This document shows, one piece after another, positions 47,075-56,065 of a stretch of DNA of 64,000 bases. The number at the start of each line of letters is the position of its first letter. Position 1 is the stretch's first letter. The stretch lies in NCBI GenBank assembly GCA_018865545.1, contig GCA_018865545.1_3633.1; one strand, 5' to 3'. The notes under the pieces were generated by a model that saw only the letters and a program-made list of their open reading frames with translations, ran no database searches and was not told where the DNA came from. Made by a program: the position numbers and the translations under genes. This DNA comes from a phage.

Positions 47075-48195
47075 TTATTGAGGGACAGCAAGAATAAGAT
47101 TAATGTTATCCATATTAGCTGTCTCTATTTGCTGATCAATCATATTCCGTAATTCTCCAGCATCTATTTTAATTGTTATTTCACCACTGACAGGCTCGGT
47201 AGGAATAACCATAGGAGCTACAATTTGACCCGCAGTAGATCCGCCCGGCATCAAATTATGGGATTGAAGATAGTTGGCTTTATCCTGCATATGCCCAGCC
47301 CAAAGCGATGTCCACCAACTACTTAACATCCCTCCGGTAACAGCCATTAAGTCACCACCACCAAATGAATAAGCATTTCCAAGATCTTGTTTTTTAGCGT
47401 TCTTTTCACTATCGTTGGAATTTACGTAGTCGTATCCCATAAGGGCAGCAGCAACGTAGGGATTTCGTATAGACCACCCTAGCAGCTTACCAAAAACCCC
47501 ACTTCGTTTCCCACCACCTTTCCTATCCCACGGTCCATTACCACCGCTATTACCTCCCCCAGATTTTGGTACGTCCGGCCCACCAAAAATTTCTTTAAGA
47601 ATTTTTAATGTTCCCGTTATTCCAGCAATTTTAGCCAAGATTCTGAATACTCTAACCAAGGAAGCTGCGAAGAATAGAGCACCGAGACCCCAACCTACCC
47701 AGTTAGTCGCTTTTTGGAATGTCTCACTTTTCTTTATCCATTGTGGGATATACATGTTTAATTCTGCATTTATAAAAATGCAGACATTAGATATCGTATG
47801 TGCGATATCCATAAAGCCCTTTATGAATCCAGAAGTAAATTGTCCAACTTTCTCAGCTAACGGTCCTTTAGCATCCAACATGTGGGACAAATCATTAAAC
47901 GTCTTAGTTAATTCATCCCCAAATCCACTTTCAAATATCTTATTTTGAAAGTTCATCCATGTTTGTTGTAAACGCTGCATAGCAACACGGTTGCTTTGTT
48001 GTGCCTTGGTAAGTGCACCACCTTTTCTTGCGGCCTCGGCATAATACTTAGCGACCAAAGGAAGAATTTTTGAAGCCTTTAGCTCCCCATTCTTCATCAT
48101 ATCCATTAATTTTGCAATGTCTATAGATGAATCATTGAATGCTTCTTGTGTGGCTTTAAGGAATACATCAAGGGAACCAGGGATGCCCTCGGCTA
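47075..48195 (-). CDS. tail tape measure protein, C-terminal part (putative exon 2)
   Basis: frame is open upstream of the first ATG (48106) to 48196, directly abutting the structured intron core; Gly-rich segment; 5' limit uncertain by a few nt. Confidence 0.5.
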
Positions 48196-49014
48196 CTTAT
48201 TGTCCCCTCAGTTCGCTACACTGAGGCGGTGTGCTAAAACACCCGCCACATGTTTCCATGTGGAACAGACTATATCTTCCTCTGATTTTACAGAGGCCAA
48301 CCATTTCGGAGCGGCTTCGCCCCTACTCTCCTACACTCATCGGAGATAGTCGTTGAGCACATAACTTAAAGATTTTTTAATAAACGTCGCCAAGCATTTT
48401 TATGTTTTATCCTGTGGATAGTTGATCTTGTTACACCAAACTCATTCATTAAAGATGTTGTATCCTCAAAACGCCTGTGGTAAATCCTAATAACTTGATC
48501 TTCTGTTAATTTGCAATTAGGATTTCTTTTTCCATCTACGGAGTTTAGACCTTTTGAGAAAGCATGTTTTTGGTTCTGCGACCTAGTAACATACTCCAGA
48601 TTATCTTTGTGGTTGTTGGCCTTATTACCATCTTTATGGTTAACTTCCATTTTTGGATGTGGCGGTTCACCAATGAATGTTAATGCGACTATCCTGTGTA
48701 CAAGATACAATACACACTTTCCGTCTACCCTAAAGTAAACTCTTTTATATCCATTGTGTATTGTTTGCTCAGTTAGTTTCTTCCATGTACCTCTTTTTGT
48801 TGAAAAGATTGCACCATCTTCTCGACAAAAGTACCCGTTATGTCCAGGCACGGGTCTAATCTCTAAGTTACTTCGCTGCGGATTGTCCATTGTTACATCT
48901 CCAAACTTTTTACTATACCTGAGATAGTTATTCTCAGCCATTATTATGTTACCATAATAATTTAGTATTTGGTAGCTTTAGGAGTTCCCCGCAATTAGAT
49001 TGGTTTTACAACAG
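48196..49014 (-). mobile_element. group I intron (IA-like) with HNH ORF; minimum extent, 5' splice site unresolved
   Basis: minus-strand RNA carries R-like CAACGACUA (48347-48355), S-like GAAGAUAUAGUCUG (48266-48279), GNRA-capped P9-like hairpin, P-like AAUUGCGGGG (48987-48996); GC-rich stem-dense segment 48200-48360. Confidence 0.6.
48366..48941 (-). CDS. intron-encoded HNH homing endonuclease
   Basis: NUMOD4-like N-terminus; HNH motif EVNHKDGNKANNHKDNLEY; C-terminal HTH-like region. Confidence 0.7.
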   Translation of the reverse strand: MAENNYLRYSKKFGDVTMDNPQRSNLEIRPVPGHNGYFCREDGAIFSTKRGTWKKLTEQTIHNGYKRVYFRVDGKCVLYLVHRIVALTFIGEPPHPKMEVNHKDGNKANNHKDNLEYVTRSQNQKHAFSKGLNSVDGKRNPNCKLTEDQVIRIYHRRFEDTTSLMNEFGVTRSTIHRIKHKNAWRRLLKNL

Positions 49015-50325
49015 CTAGTATGTCAACTGTTGTTTTAATTCTTCAGCCATGATCTGACCTTTACCCATCATTTGTTGGATAGCGGTAATACCACGCTGGA
49101 ATTTTACAGGATCAACCTGAAGTGCAGTAGCATATTCTGAGAAACCTTTGAACAGTTCGTCATTTTGCGCCTTGCTCAAAACACCTTTGGCAGATATGGA
49201 CATTTGGGTATAACCTTGGGCGGCGGTTTTTAAATCCAAACCCAATCTGTAAGATTGCTCCCGAACAAACTGTATTCTTTTCGCTGCTTCTTCTGAGTCA
49301 TCAGAAACCATTAACATGGTAGCTTCCATGCCTTGAAAGAATTGTCCTGTTTTCACAACACTTGCGGCAGCATTAAAAGCTCCGTATGCAGCAGAAACAC
49401 TAATTAATGTGCTACGAAGGTTTTTCAATCCTTGATCAAGAGATAGTGTATTTGCCTTAGCTTTGCGGAGTCCTGTTTCCATTGCTGCCAATTCAGCACG
49501 GAAATTAGAAGCTCTCATAGTCTGGCTTTGCATAAATCTCTTTTCCAGATCATCATAACCTTTAATTTTAGACCTGAAATCATCACCATACTTAGCACGA
49601 AGTCTTACAGCAGCATTAGCAATTGTTGATTGTTTTGCAGCCTTTATCCTTTCTGCTCTTAACGCTTCTCTTTCTTTCTTCTTATTAGCATCTTTTTCTG
49701 CCTTAATCTCATCCGCTGTTTTTTCTTTCGGAATAGATTTATGATAGCGTTCCATAGCAGAGTTCTGGGCAGCCACAAGACTTGGATCGTGACGACTATT
49801 AGGATCCCCAACAATACCAGAGGCAGACCCTGAAGACTTTCTTGCTGCAAGTTCTTGCTGCAATCTTGCTTGACGGGCAGCAGATATTTCTGGATTTGTT
49901 CCATATCCAGAACCTGTTTTTTCCATCTGCTTCAACTTTGATTTTAATGCATTATATTCTTTTTGTTCTTCAGGTGTTCTTCTGTTTGTTAGTCTGGCTA
50001 CTGCTTGCTTTCTTCTCGCGCTCTCAACTTTGGCTATTTGTTCACGAGCACGAGCTTCCTTTTTTGCCATTGCAATAGCATGTGCCGTAGATTTTGCTTG
50101 CTCTGCACGTTCAGTTTGGTGTAATCTTTTAGCTACAAGACGAGCCTCTTGCGCAGAACGTTTATAAATTGCTGCCGGATTACTTTTATTAGAAGTGAAA
50201 GCTCTGTTAGTCTTTTCCCATTCCTTCTTCAGGGATTTTATAGCTTTCATTGCACGACCGTAACTGGTGCGATCTACAGACCACTCGACAGCATTTACGG
50301 TTTTAGTTACTATGATATTCGCCAT
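49015..50325 (-). CDS. tail tape measure protein, N-terminal part (putative exon 1)
   Basis: Ala/Lys/Glu/Arg-rich coiled-coil; directly downstream of the frameshifted chaperone pair; the last 20-30 codons may be intron-encoded. Confidence 0.5.
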   Translation of the reverse strand: MANIIVTKTVNAVEWSVDRTSYGRAMKAIKSLKKEWEKTNRAFTSNKSNPAAIYKRSAQEARLVAKRLHQTERAEQAKSTAHAIAMAKKEARAREQIAKVESARRKQAVARLTNRRTPEEQKEYNALKSKLKQMEKTGSGYGTNPEISAARQARLQQELAARKSSGSASGIVGDPNSRHDPSLVAAQNSAMERYHKSIPKEKTADEIKAEKDANKKKEREALRAERIKAAKQSTIANAAVRLRAKYGDDFRSKIKGYDDLEKRFMQSQTMRASNFRAELAAMETGLRKAKANTLSLDQGLKNLRSTLISVSAAYGAFNAAASVVKTGQFFQGMEATMLMVSDDSEEAAKRIQFVREQSYRLGLDLKTAAQGYTQMSISAKGVLSKAQNDELFKGFSEYATALQVDPVKFQRGITAIQQMMGKGQIMAEELKQQLTY

Positions 50326-50334
50326 AGATTTTCC

Positions 50335-50371
50335 TCAATAAAAAAGCCAGGTTCCGAGAAGGAACCTGGCT
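50335..50371 (-). terminator. rho-independent terminator / attenuator
   Basis: 11-bp stem AGCCAGGTTCC/GGAACCTGGCT with GAGAA loop, then UUUUUU on minus strand. Confidence 0.55.
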
Positions 50372-50376
50372 TGAGA

Positions 50377-50766
50377 TTAACCTCTTCTACCTCGGCGCGA
50401 CCTATTTGCAGCGGCGGCAGCATTGGCTGCACTTTGTTCCTCTCTCTCCTGTACGTCTTGGATAAACTCTTCAATATCAAGATATTCGTTCAGTTTAAGC
50501 AGGTAGGCCATGTCAGCAGACTCAAGTGAGGAATAAGACTCACCTTTAAAACTCTTCAGAGCACGACACCACAAATAATCGAACCAAGTCAATGAGCTAT
50601 TTTTTCTTGCATAATTCATAGCTCTCAGGACAACTTTCGAAATATTAGACGGTGTTACTCCGCTTCCTCTGCCTGATCCATCGTGTTCAGTTGATGGGTC
50701 TGACCCAGGCGTCCCAGAAGATCCTGAAGGTTTGCGAAACCGTCTTTCGTGAAAAAACAGCCGTAG
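50377..50766 (-). CDS. tail assembly chaperone, -1 frame extension (GT-like product)
   Basis: -1 frame stays open for 37 codons upstream of its first ATG, overlapping the 3' end of 50655..51122. Confidence 0.5.
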   Translation of the reverse strand, partial: LRLFFHERRFRKPSGSSGTPGSDPSTEHDGSGRGSGVTPSNISKVVLRAMNYARKNSSLTWFDYLWCRALKSFKGESYSSLESADMAYLLKLNEYLDIEEFIQDVQEREEQSAANAAAAANRSRRGRRG

Positions 50767-51122
50767 TTAACCTCCAGCACTTTTGCCACGAGTTTGATAA
50801 GGTCCATCATCTTCCCTTGGAAAATATCATCAATGTCTACCTTACCTGCCATACCATCAACAGATACATCGTCCAGAATTAAGGCAAAAAGTTCTTCAAT
50901 ATTATCTTGCTCCATCTGGTCAAATAGGTATAATACTGCTGTTGGAATAGCATCAGAAAGATTCTGCCCACCAGACATAAGTGCTCCAGAAATGGATGCC
51001 ATTGGAACAGCAATATAACGTCCTATCTTAGGAATATTTTTAAATGCTTTTGTTGGGGACCAATGTGTAATAACAAAGTTGTGACCCGCTAGGTCAATTT
51101 CAGTTGTTTGTCTGATTTTCAT
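50655..51122 (-). CDS. tail assembly chaperone (G-like)
   Basis: between tube and tape-measure genes; start ATG 51122 after AGGAG (track start 51188 is GTG). Confidence 0.5.
   Translation of the reverse strand: MKIRQTTEIDLAGHNFVITHWSPTKAFKNIPKIGRYIAVPMASISGALMSGGQNLSDAIPTAVLYLFDQMEQDNIEELFALILDDVSVDGMAGKVDIDDIFQGKMMDLIKLVAKVLEVNYGCFFTKDGFANLQDLLGRLGQTHQLNTMDQAEEAE
50751..50757 (-). other. slippery heptamer U_UUU_UUC for -1 programmed ribosomal frameshift
   Basis: TTTTTTC in the zero frame as tgU UUU UUC within the overlap of the two chaperone frames. Confidence 0.5.
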
Positions 51123-51197
51123 GCACGCTCCTGCGTCTTTAGAAGTTGAACTATCCTTACGTGTATAAAGGCCACATCCATGTGGCACACGAAATTA

Positions 51198-51671
51198 TTA
51201 AATAATACCGGAAAGTCCAGCGAGGCCGAAGCCAACAGAGGACAGAGTATCAGGACTCAACCAAGCATCCAGAATACCAATTTCCCAGTCCATCTGACCA
51301 ACTTCCGTTCCGTAAGTAAGGTCAGGCTGTTTCTGAATCCATCCAATTGTACTCAAGCCCATACCTTGAGAACCTTCCAGAAGAACAGGGAAGAAAATAA
51401 GGCCAGTTACGGATGCTTGTTTTTGCCAGTTTGCTAAATTACCATTCCATGATGCTGTATTCTGAAGAGAAACCGTCATAACACCAGATTGGTTACGGGA
51501 CAGTGCAGCAGATAGCTCACCATCAACCCCCATGTGGGGGATGATATTGTCTTCATTACGGGACACAACAATTTTCGTGTCCGCTGCGAATCCTGTTACT
51601 CTTTGAGTCATCAGATACAATTTTACTTTTTTAGGGTCATATGCATACGGCGTTAGAATAGCTGTATTCAT
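51198..51671 (-). CDS. tail tube protein
   Basis: 157 aa, immediately upstream of the chaperone pair. Confidence 0.45.
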   Translation of the reverse strand: MNTAILTPYAYDPKKVKLYLMTQRVTGFAADTKIVVSRNEDNIIPHMGVDGELSAALSRNQSGVMTVSLQNTASWNGNLANWQKQASVTGLIFFPVLLEGSQGMGLSTIGWIQKQPDLTYGTEVGQMDWEIGILDAWLSPDTLSSVGFGLAGLSGII

Positions 51672-51674
51672 TTA

Positions 51675-53087
51675 TTACACTCCTGCTGTTACTGTCTGTG
51701 CGTTACCAGAATTTGAACCTGTTTTGTCCAGCATGACAGTCATACGGATCTTGACAAAATGTAGTGGTGTGTTGTATACCAGTTCCACTTTCACGTTGTT
51801 AAGTGTACGTGCTGCCAGATCGTTAGTAGGTATGCTTCCACGCAGAGGGATTGTGATTACAGGGTCGAAGAAGACCTTGTTAACCTCATCATAACCTGTT
51901 AAAATAGCTCCGTTAGAAATACCTACGTTGATAGGGTTATTCATGATGACAGACTTCAGGTTAGGGAGGTCATCATCACTCATTTTAACAGACAGCCCCA
52001 TGTTGGATCTGCGGGACATATATCCGAAAACACTTTCTTCGGTGCGGAACTTAAGCCAGTGACCAAATCTCACAACATCTACATAATTGCCGGAAGCGCA
52101 TTTGCCTTCATAGAAGGATCCTACACCATTAATCATGCGGTAGAAGTTCAGATTCTTACCCCAGATAGTCATACGTTCCGTTGCACTCAAGGTTGGAGCA
52201 ACAACCCCGTCCATAGTCTTCAGGTGGATAGAATCCCCATAGGAAGGATCATTTGAGGCCATCGCCCCGATAATTCCTCCTTCTGGATAGGCACTGTCTG
52301 CCAGCGGATCGTACATACCAATAGAGGTGTCGTATTGCAGAGCTTTCAGTTCATCTGCGATGGAATCACTATCAGCAGTTTTAGATTTTTCATCCGCAGT
52401 TGAGTAGACATGCATCTTGTAATTTGCAGCGGCGAATGCGGCGGCACTTAAGATAGATGTTTTTGTGTGTGACTCAGTGCTGACAAAATACCAGTTCTCA
52501 TTTGCGGTCATAACCTGCGGAAGAACAGAAGAAACTGTCTCATCGGAGGTATTGGTGATGACCATATTTCCGCTGTCTTTACCAACACTAAACTTGCCAC
52601 TATCTTTTGGGGCAATTGTTACTTTAGCCTCGCTTGCTGTTGCCGTAAGTACAGTCTTCAGCGTTGTATCCGCATTAATAGCGTCAGCCAGAGATGTAGC
52701 AATTGTAGAAGGCTCTGAAGATGCATTTACATTGACAAGTATGCTCTTTTGATAAGCCCCTGTCACAAAGTTTAGAGCTACAGGTGTTTCTGGGTCTGTG
52801 TTTGTCTGGTCTGTAAAATCCACAATCGTATTGGTGAAGCCTTGGCGACCAATCATCAGATATTGTGGACGGAATGTTCCAGAAAATGCCTTAGATGCAT
52901 AATTATATGCAGGTGTTCCAACAGCAAATCCATCATCAACTAATTGACTAAGTTCGGTATAAGCACGAACTCTTTCTGGGAAGATATTATGGATCGCAAG
53001 GAACAGTGGGGTTTCAAACCCTTTTGTGTCGATTGGTTGAGTACCAAGTGTGACTGTTACATCAACCACCTTGTCATTATAAGCCAT
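51675..53087 (-). CDS. tail sheath protein
   Basis: 470 aa, immediately upstream of the tube gene. Confidence 0.45.
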   Translation of the reverse strand: MAYNDKVVDVTVTLGTQPIDTKGFETPLFLAIHNIFPERVRAYTELSQLVDDGFAVGTPAYNYASKAFSGTFRPQYLMIGRQGFTNTIVDFTDQTNTDPETPVALNFVTGAYQKSILVNVNASSEPSTIATSLADAINADTTLKTVLTATASEAKVTIAPKDSGKFSVGKDSGNMVITNTSDETVSSVLPQVMTANENWYFVSTESHTKTSILSAAAFAAANYKMHVYSTADEKSKTADSDSIADELKALQYDTSIGMYDPLADSAYPEGGIIGAMASNDPSYGDSIHLKTMDGVVAPTLSATERMTIWGKNLNFYRMINGVGSFYEGKCASGNYVDVVRFGHWLKFRTEESVFGYMSRRSNMGLSVKMSDDDLPNLKSVIMNNPINVGISNGAILTGYDEVNKVFFDPVITIPLRGSIPTNDLAARTLNNVKVELVYNTPLHFVKIRMTVMLDKTGSNSGNAQTVTAGV

Positions 53088-53213
53088 CGATTTCCTCTTT
53101 TATTTCTGTACGTACAGTTATTGACCAGCACTTATTTGTGCTGTGTTGTGGGTTATTTCTCCACATCGTGATCACCAATAAGCCAGTGCTTATCAATAAC
53201 CAAAATATTTCTT

Positions 53214-53744
53214 TTAATCCTCTTTCGGAAAATGATATGAAAGTTGCGCATTGAGGGTTTCCAAATCTTCGAAAACTCCAGTGTCTGTTTCTGCAAAGCA
53301 AACATTAAAAGTTATCAGCACTACAGCCCGAGTTTCATATTTTTGGACATTCAAAGGAACTCTCAACCGAGATATTGTTGAAGAGGAGGAATATGCAAAA
53401 GGTGAATTAGTTGGGAAATACTTATCGTATATAAAAGGTAAGTTCATAGCTTGTAAAATACGACTTAGGGCATTTGGTGCTTTACCACGATAAGCAGTCA
53501 ATGTATATACAATTTCATAGTTATGAACTGTCATCGCTCGACCATCATCAGTAAATCCATCGTCTGATTGCCAGTCAAGCTGATCTACAGCAGTAAGATC
53601 CACTAGAATAAACTCACCATCAACTTTAGGTATTTCATCTTCCCCTGCCAGCACGACTTTCCTACCAGTAACTTCTTTACAAAAAGAACCTATTGTTTTC
53701 GTCAAAGCATCGAAGATTTCATCTGTACTGATAAAATCAGTCAT
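53214..53744 (-). CDS. tail completion / head-tail joining protein
   Basis: position between head and tail modules. Confidence 0.3.
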   Translation of the reverse strand: MTDFISTDEIFDALTKTIGSFCKEVTGRKVVLAGEDEIPKVDGEFILVDLTAVDQLDWQSDDGFTDDGRAMTVHNYEIVYTLTAYRGKAPNALSRILQAMNLPFIYDKYFPTNSPFAYSSSSTISRLRVPLNVQKYETRAVVLITFNVCFAETDTGVFEDLETLNAQLSYHFPKED

Positions 53745-54178
53745 TAAATACCTCCGTTTGTCCCTTCTGGTATTGCCACCACATAAGCTCTGAACCTAGA
53801 GACACCTGTGGTCTGATACAAATCAGATTTAATAACTGTGAACCACTCCATCTCACCACGAGAGTTCATTAATAGGATCTGATCAGCCATGTTATCAGAC
53901 CCTTCAACTGGGCCTTTCAACATCACAGATGAATACACAGTAAAGGAATCATACTGCCTACCACCTTCAGGAACTAATTGGGACGTATAATCCCTAGCTG
54001 CTTTACCACTAATAGGTTGAACGACACATTCAGGTACATCAAATTCAACATACTCAATATCCAACCCACCATTTTCAAATGGATTATCTAAGTCTGTCTT
54101 TTTGAACTGTCTGTGTCTACCTTTCATGGTGACTCTGGGTATCAATTTGTTCTTGCCTATGAGTTTGTATCCCGCCAT
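53744..54178 (-). CDS. head-tail connector protein
   Basis: position. Confidence 0.3.
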   Translation of the reverse strand: MAGYKLIGKNKLIPRVTMKGRHRQFKKTDLDNPFENGGLDIEYVEFDVPECVVQPISGKAARDYTSQLVPEGGRQYDSFTVYSSVMLKGPVEGSDNMADQILLMNSRGEMEWFTVIKSDLYQTTGVSRFRAYVVAIPEGTNGGI

Positions 54179-54181
54179 AAT

Positions 54182-54658
54182 TTACGCCCCTGAACCTCTT
54201 CTGTTCGAAATTTTATAAGTTGTGGAATCTCTTAAATCCCCATAATGATACATAGCTGCGCTAAAACCTTTGACATCTGCCCATGCATCTGATACAGTAT
54301 TATGAGGGAAAAGACCAGAGTCTATTACAAACTTAATTTTTTCAGCACCTGCTTTACCAATTTTTTTCAGCATTGGGGTTGGATTATTACTTCCAGATGC
54401 TAACGTGCCGAATAACTCCTTCTGTAATTTCTCCAAATCCTTTTGAAAGGACACAGCCGCGCTAGTTATGAATGTACGGGCTGGAAGATTATTCCAGCCT
54501 TGTTCATGGATAGCTGCCAGAGTTGCAGTATTTAGTCCTGAATAGTGTGGGTCATCATAATAACCATAGGAGACTTGTTTTTTATCAAGTTGCTGTACAG
54601 AGTTATAAAAATTCTCCAAAGCACTTAAATCTTGATGAGATTTAAATTTTGTTCTCAT
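54182..54658 (-). CDS. head-tail connector protein
   Basis: position. Confidence 0.3.
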   Translation of the reverse strand: MRTKFKSHQDLSALENFYNSVQQLDKKQVSYGYYDDPHYSGLNTATLAAIHEQGWNNLPARTFITSAAVSFQKDLEKLQKELFGTLASGSNNPTPMLKKIGKAGAEKIKFVIDSGLFPHNTVSDAWADVKGFSAAMYHYGDLRDSTTYKISNRRGSGA

Positions 54659-54723
54659 AAGAACTCCCGTTAAGGTATTTTACCACATTATCCAAGCAAA
54701 ATCAATAATTAGGAATACGATTG

Positions 54724-55242
54724 TCAATAATACCTGTGTTTTGGGTATCTCCGAGGAATACCGGGAACTCCTGTTTGAGGAACTATACCGGAAACATCAA
54801 ACGGGCTTCTTGAGTTAGGATTACTCTTAACACGCCAAAACTCATCCTGTCGCACACCGCCCACAATAACCAAACCAGAGACACCATTCAGGCAGCTATT
54901 GACGTAATCAGGGTTTTGCAGTAGCCAGTCCAGAAAATCTTTCCAGTTCTGATAGGAAGATCCACCTTTTACCTGTATCGTCTCATCACCTATCTTTTCC
55001 AATCTTTCTGTGATGGATGCCTCGCCAGAATTTATCTCTTGAAGAATTAACCATCTTAATACAGCCACCATTGTGTTATAGACCACTTTCCACATGTCGC
55101 AAGGCGTGGATGATGGGTTAGGCCAGTTTGCTCTTTTTTTCTCTATCTCAAGGAATGCCATGATAACTTCATCAGGTAGTGCCTCTGGGGATATTGACCC
55201 AAGCAGGAGCCTGATGTAATCAACAATTTCTTGGTCTGTCAT
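54724..55242 (-). CDS. head completion protein
   Basis: position. Confidence 0.3.
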   Translation of the reverse strand: MTDQEIVDYIRLLLGSISPEALPDEVIMAFLEIEKKRANWPNPSSTPCDMWKVVYNTMVAVLRWLILQEINSGEASITERLEKIGDETIQVKGGSSYQNWKDFLDWLLQNPDYVNSCLNGVSGLVIVGGVRQDEFWRVKSNPNSRSPFDVSGIVPQTGVPGIPRRYPKHRYY

Positions 55243-55314
55243 CTAACTCTCCATTTTATGTTACTTGTCAGTAACTATATTATCACAAAATACAATTTTT
55301 GTCATTAAAAACGC

Positions 55315-55342
55315 TTGACACGAAAAATTCCGTAGGTAAGAT
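55315..55342 (+). promoter_or_regulatory. candidate sigma70 promoter for the secreted-protein gene
   Basis: TTGACA (55315-55320), 16-nt spacer, TAAGAT (55337-55342); GGAGG before ATG 55370. Confidence 0.4.
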
Positions 55343-55369
55343 AAACACAACAATTGCTATGGAGGATTT

Positions 55370-55774
55370 ATGAAAAATATTTTAAAAATTACAATTGGTC
55401 TGTGCGTCTGTGCTGTTATTGCAGCGGGAACTCTCCAATATGTGAAAAAGAACCCAGATATTAATGATTATAAATCTGTCGAGGCAAGTTGGTTGTCGCC
55501 AGAAGAAAAAGATGAGGCAATTAGCCGTATTGTACAATTATCTTGCGATAAGAGATTCAGAGAAGCATTTAAACCAGGCGTTATTGTTGTGTCATCAGGT
55601 TTCGAGGGTAGGATAGCAGAACAGGCGGAAGCATATCAATATTTTGATGATGTCGCAATTATCTCAGGAAAACAATCTTACACTGGAAAATACATCTGCA
55701 CTTTTTACAAAGATGGGCGGGAAGTGTATATTAATGCAAACTTGGATAAAGGAGTGCAAGGAATCCTAAAATAA
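55370..55774 (+). CDS. secreted/periplasmic protein (moron-like accessory gene)
   Basis: N-terminal signal peptide MKNILKITIGLCVCAVIAAGT; opposite strand to surrounding structural genes; own promoter and terminator. Confidence 0.55.
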   Translation: MKNILKITIGLCVCAVIAAGTLQYVKKNPDINDYKSVEASWLSPEEKDEAISRIVQLSCDKRFREAFKPGVIVVSSGFEGRIAEQAEAYQYFDDVAIISGKQSYTGKYICTFYKDGREVYINANLDKGVQGILK

Positions 55775-55796
55775 AAGACCCCGAAGGGTCTTTTTA
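55771..55796. terminator. bidirectional rho-independent terminator
   Basis: AAAAGACCC-CGAA-GGGTCTTTT between convergent genes. Confidence 0.6.
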
Positions 55797-56054
55797 TCAC
55801 GACATAATACCAGCGGCTTTCAATTTGGCAAGCAAAGCATTAAAATCGTTGACCAACGTAGAGACATCTGAAGCCACAGAATCTGCTTGTGTTTGTGCTT
55901 TCTTAACACCTCCTAATACTGATTCCGTAGCCGCTGGAAGAACATAGCTATCTGAGCCTCCAGCAACAATATCTTCGATTTTCACAGATTTTCCAGTTTT
56001 TATATCAATAAGGCTTGATGCATATACTTTACCTGCTACGCCATTTGTTGCCAT
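55797..56054 (-). CDS. fibre-related small protein
   Basis: N-terminus MATNGVAGKVYASSLIDIKTGK resembles the N-terminus of 58239..59489. Confidence 0.4.
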   Translation of the reverse strand: MATNGVAGKVYASSLIDIKTGKSVKIEDIVAGGSDSYVLPAATESVLGGVKKAQTQADSVASDVSTLVNDFNALLAKLKAAGIMS

Positions 56055-56065
56055 ATTTTCTCCTT

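Noticed and set aside
48200-48360. GC-rich, stem-dense segment considered as a tRNA or other small RNA gene
   Set aside because: No cloverleaf with T-loop or anticodon-arm features; the segment contains group I intron R and S elements and is better explained as an intron core.
47075-50325. Treating 47075..48106 and 49015..50325 as two independent tail genes separated by a freestanding HNH gene
   Set aside because: Not fully excluded, but the intron-like RNA elements, the open frame upstream of the first ATG of the downstream ORF, and the appropriate combined size for a tape measure favour a single split gene.
53088-53213. Imperfect repeats (CCAGCACTTAT / CCAGTGCTTATC) upstream of the sheath gene as an operator or iterons
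   Set aside because: Only two degenerate copies with inconsistent orientation; cannot be separated from chance.
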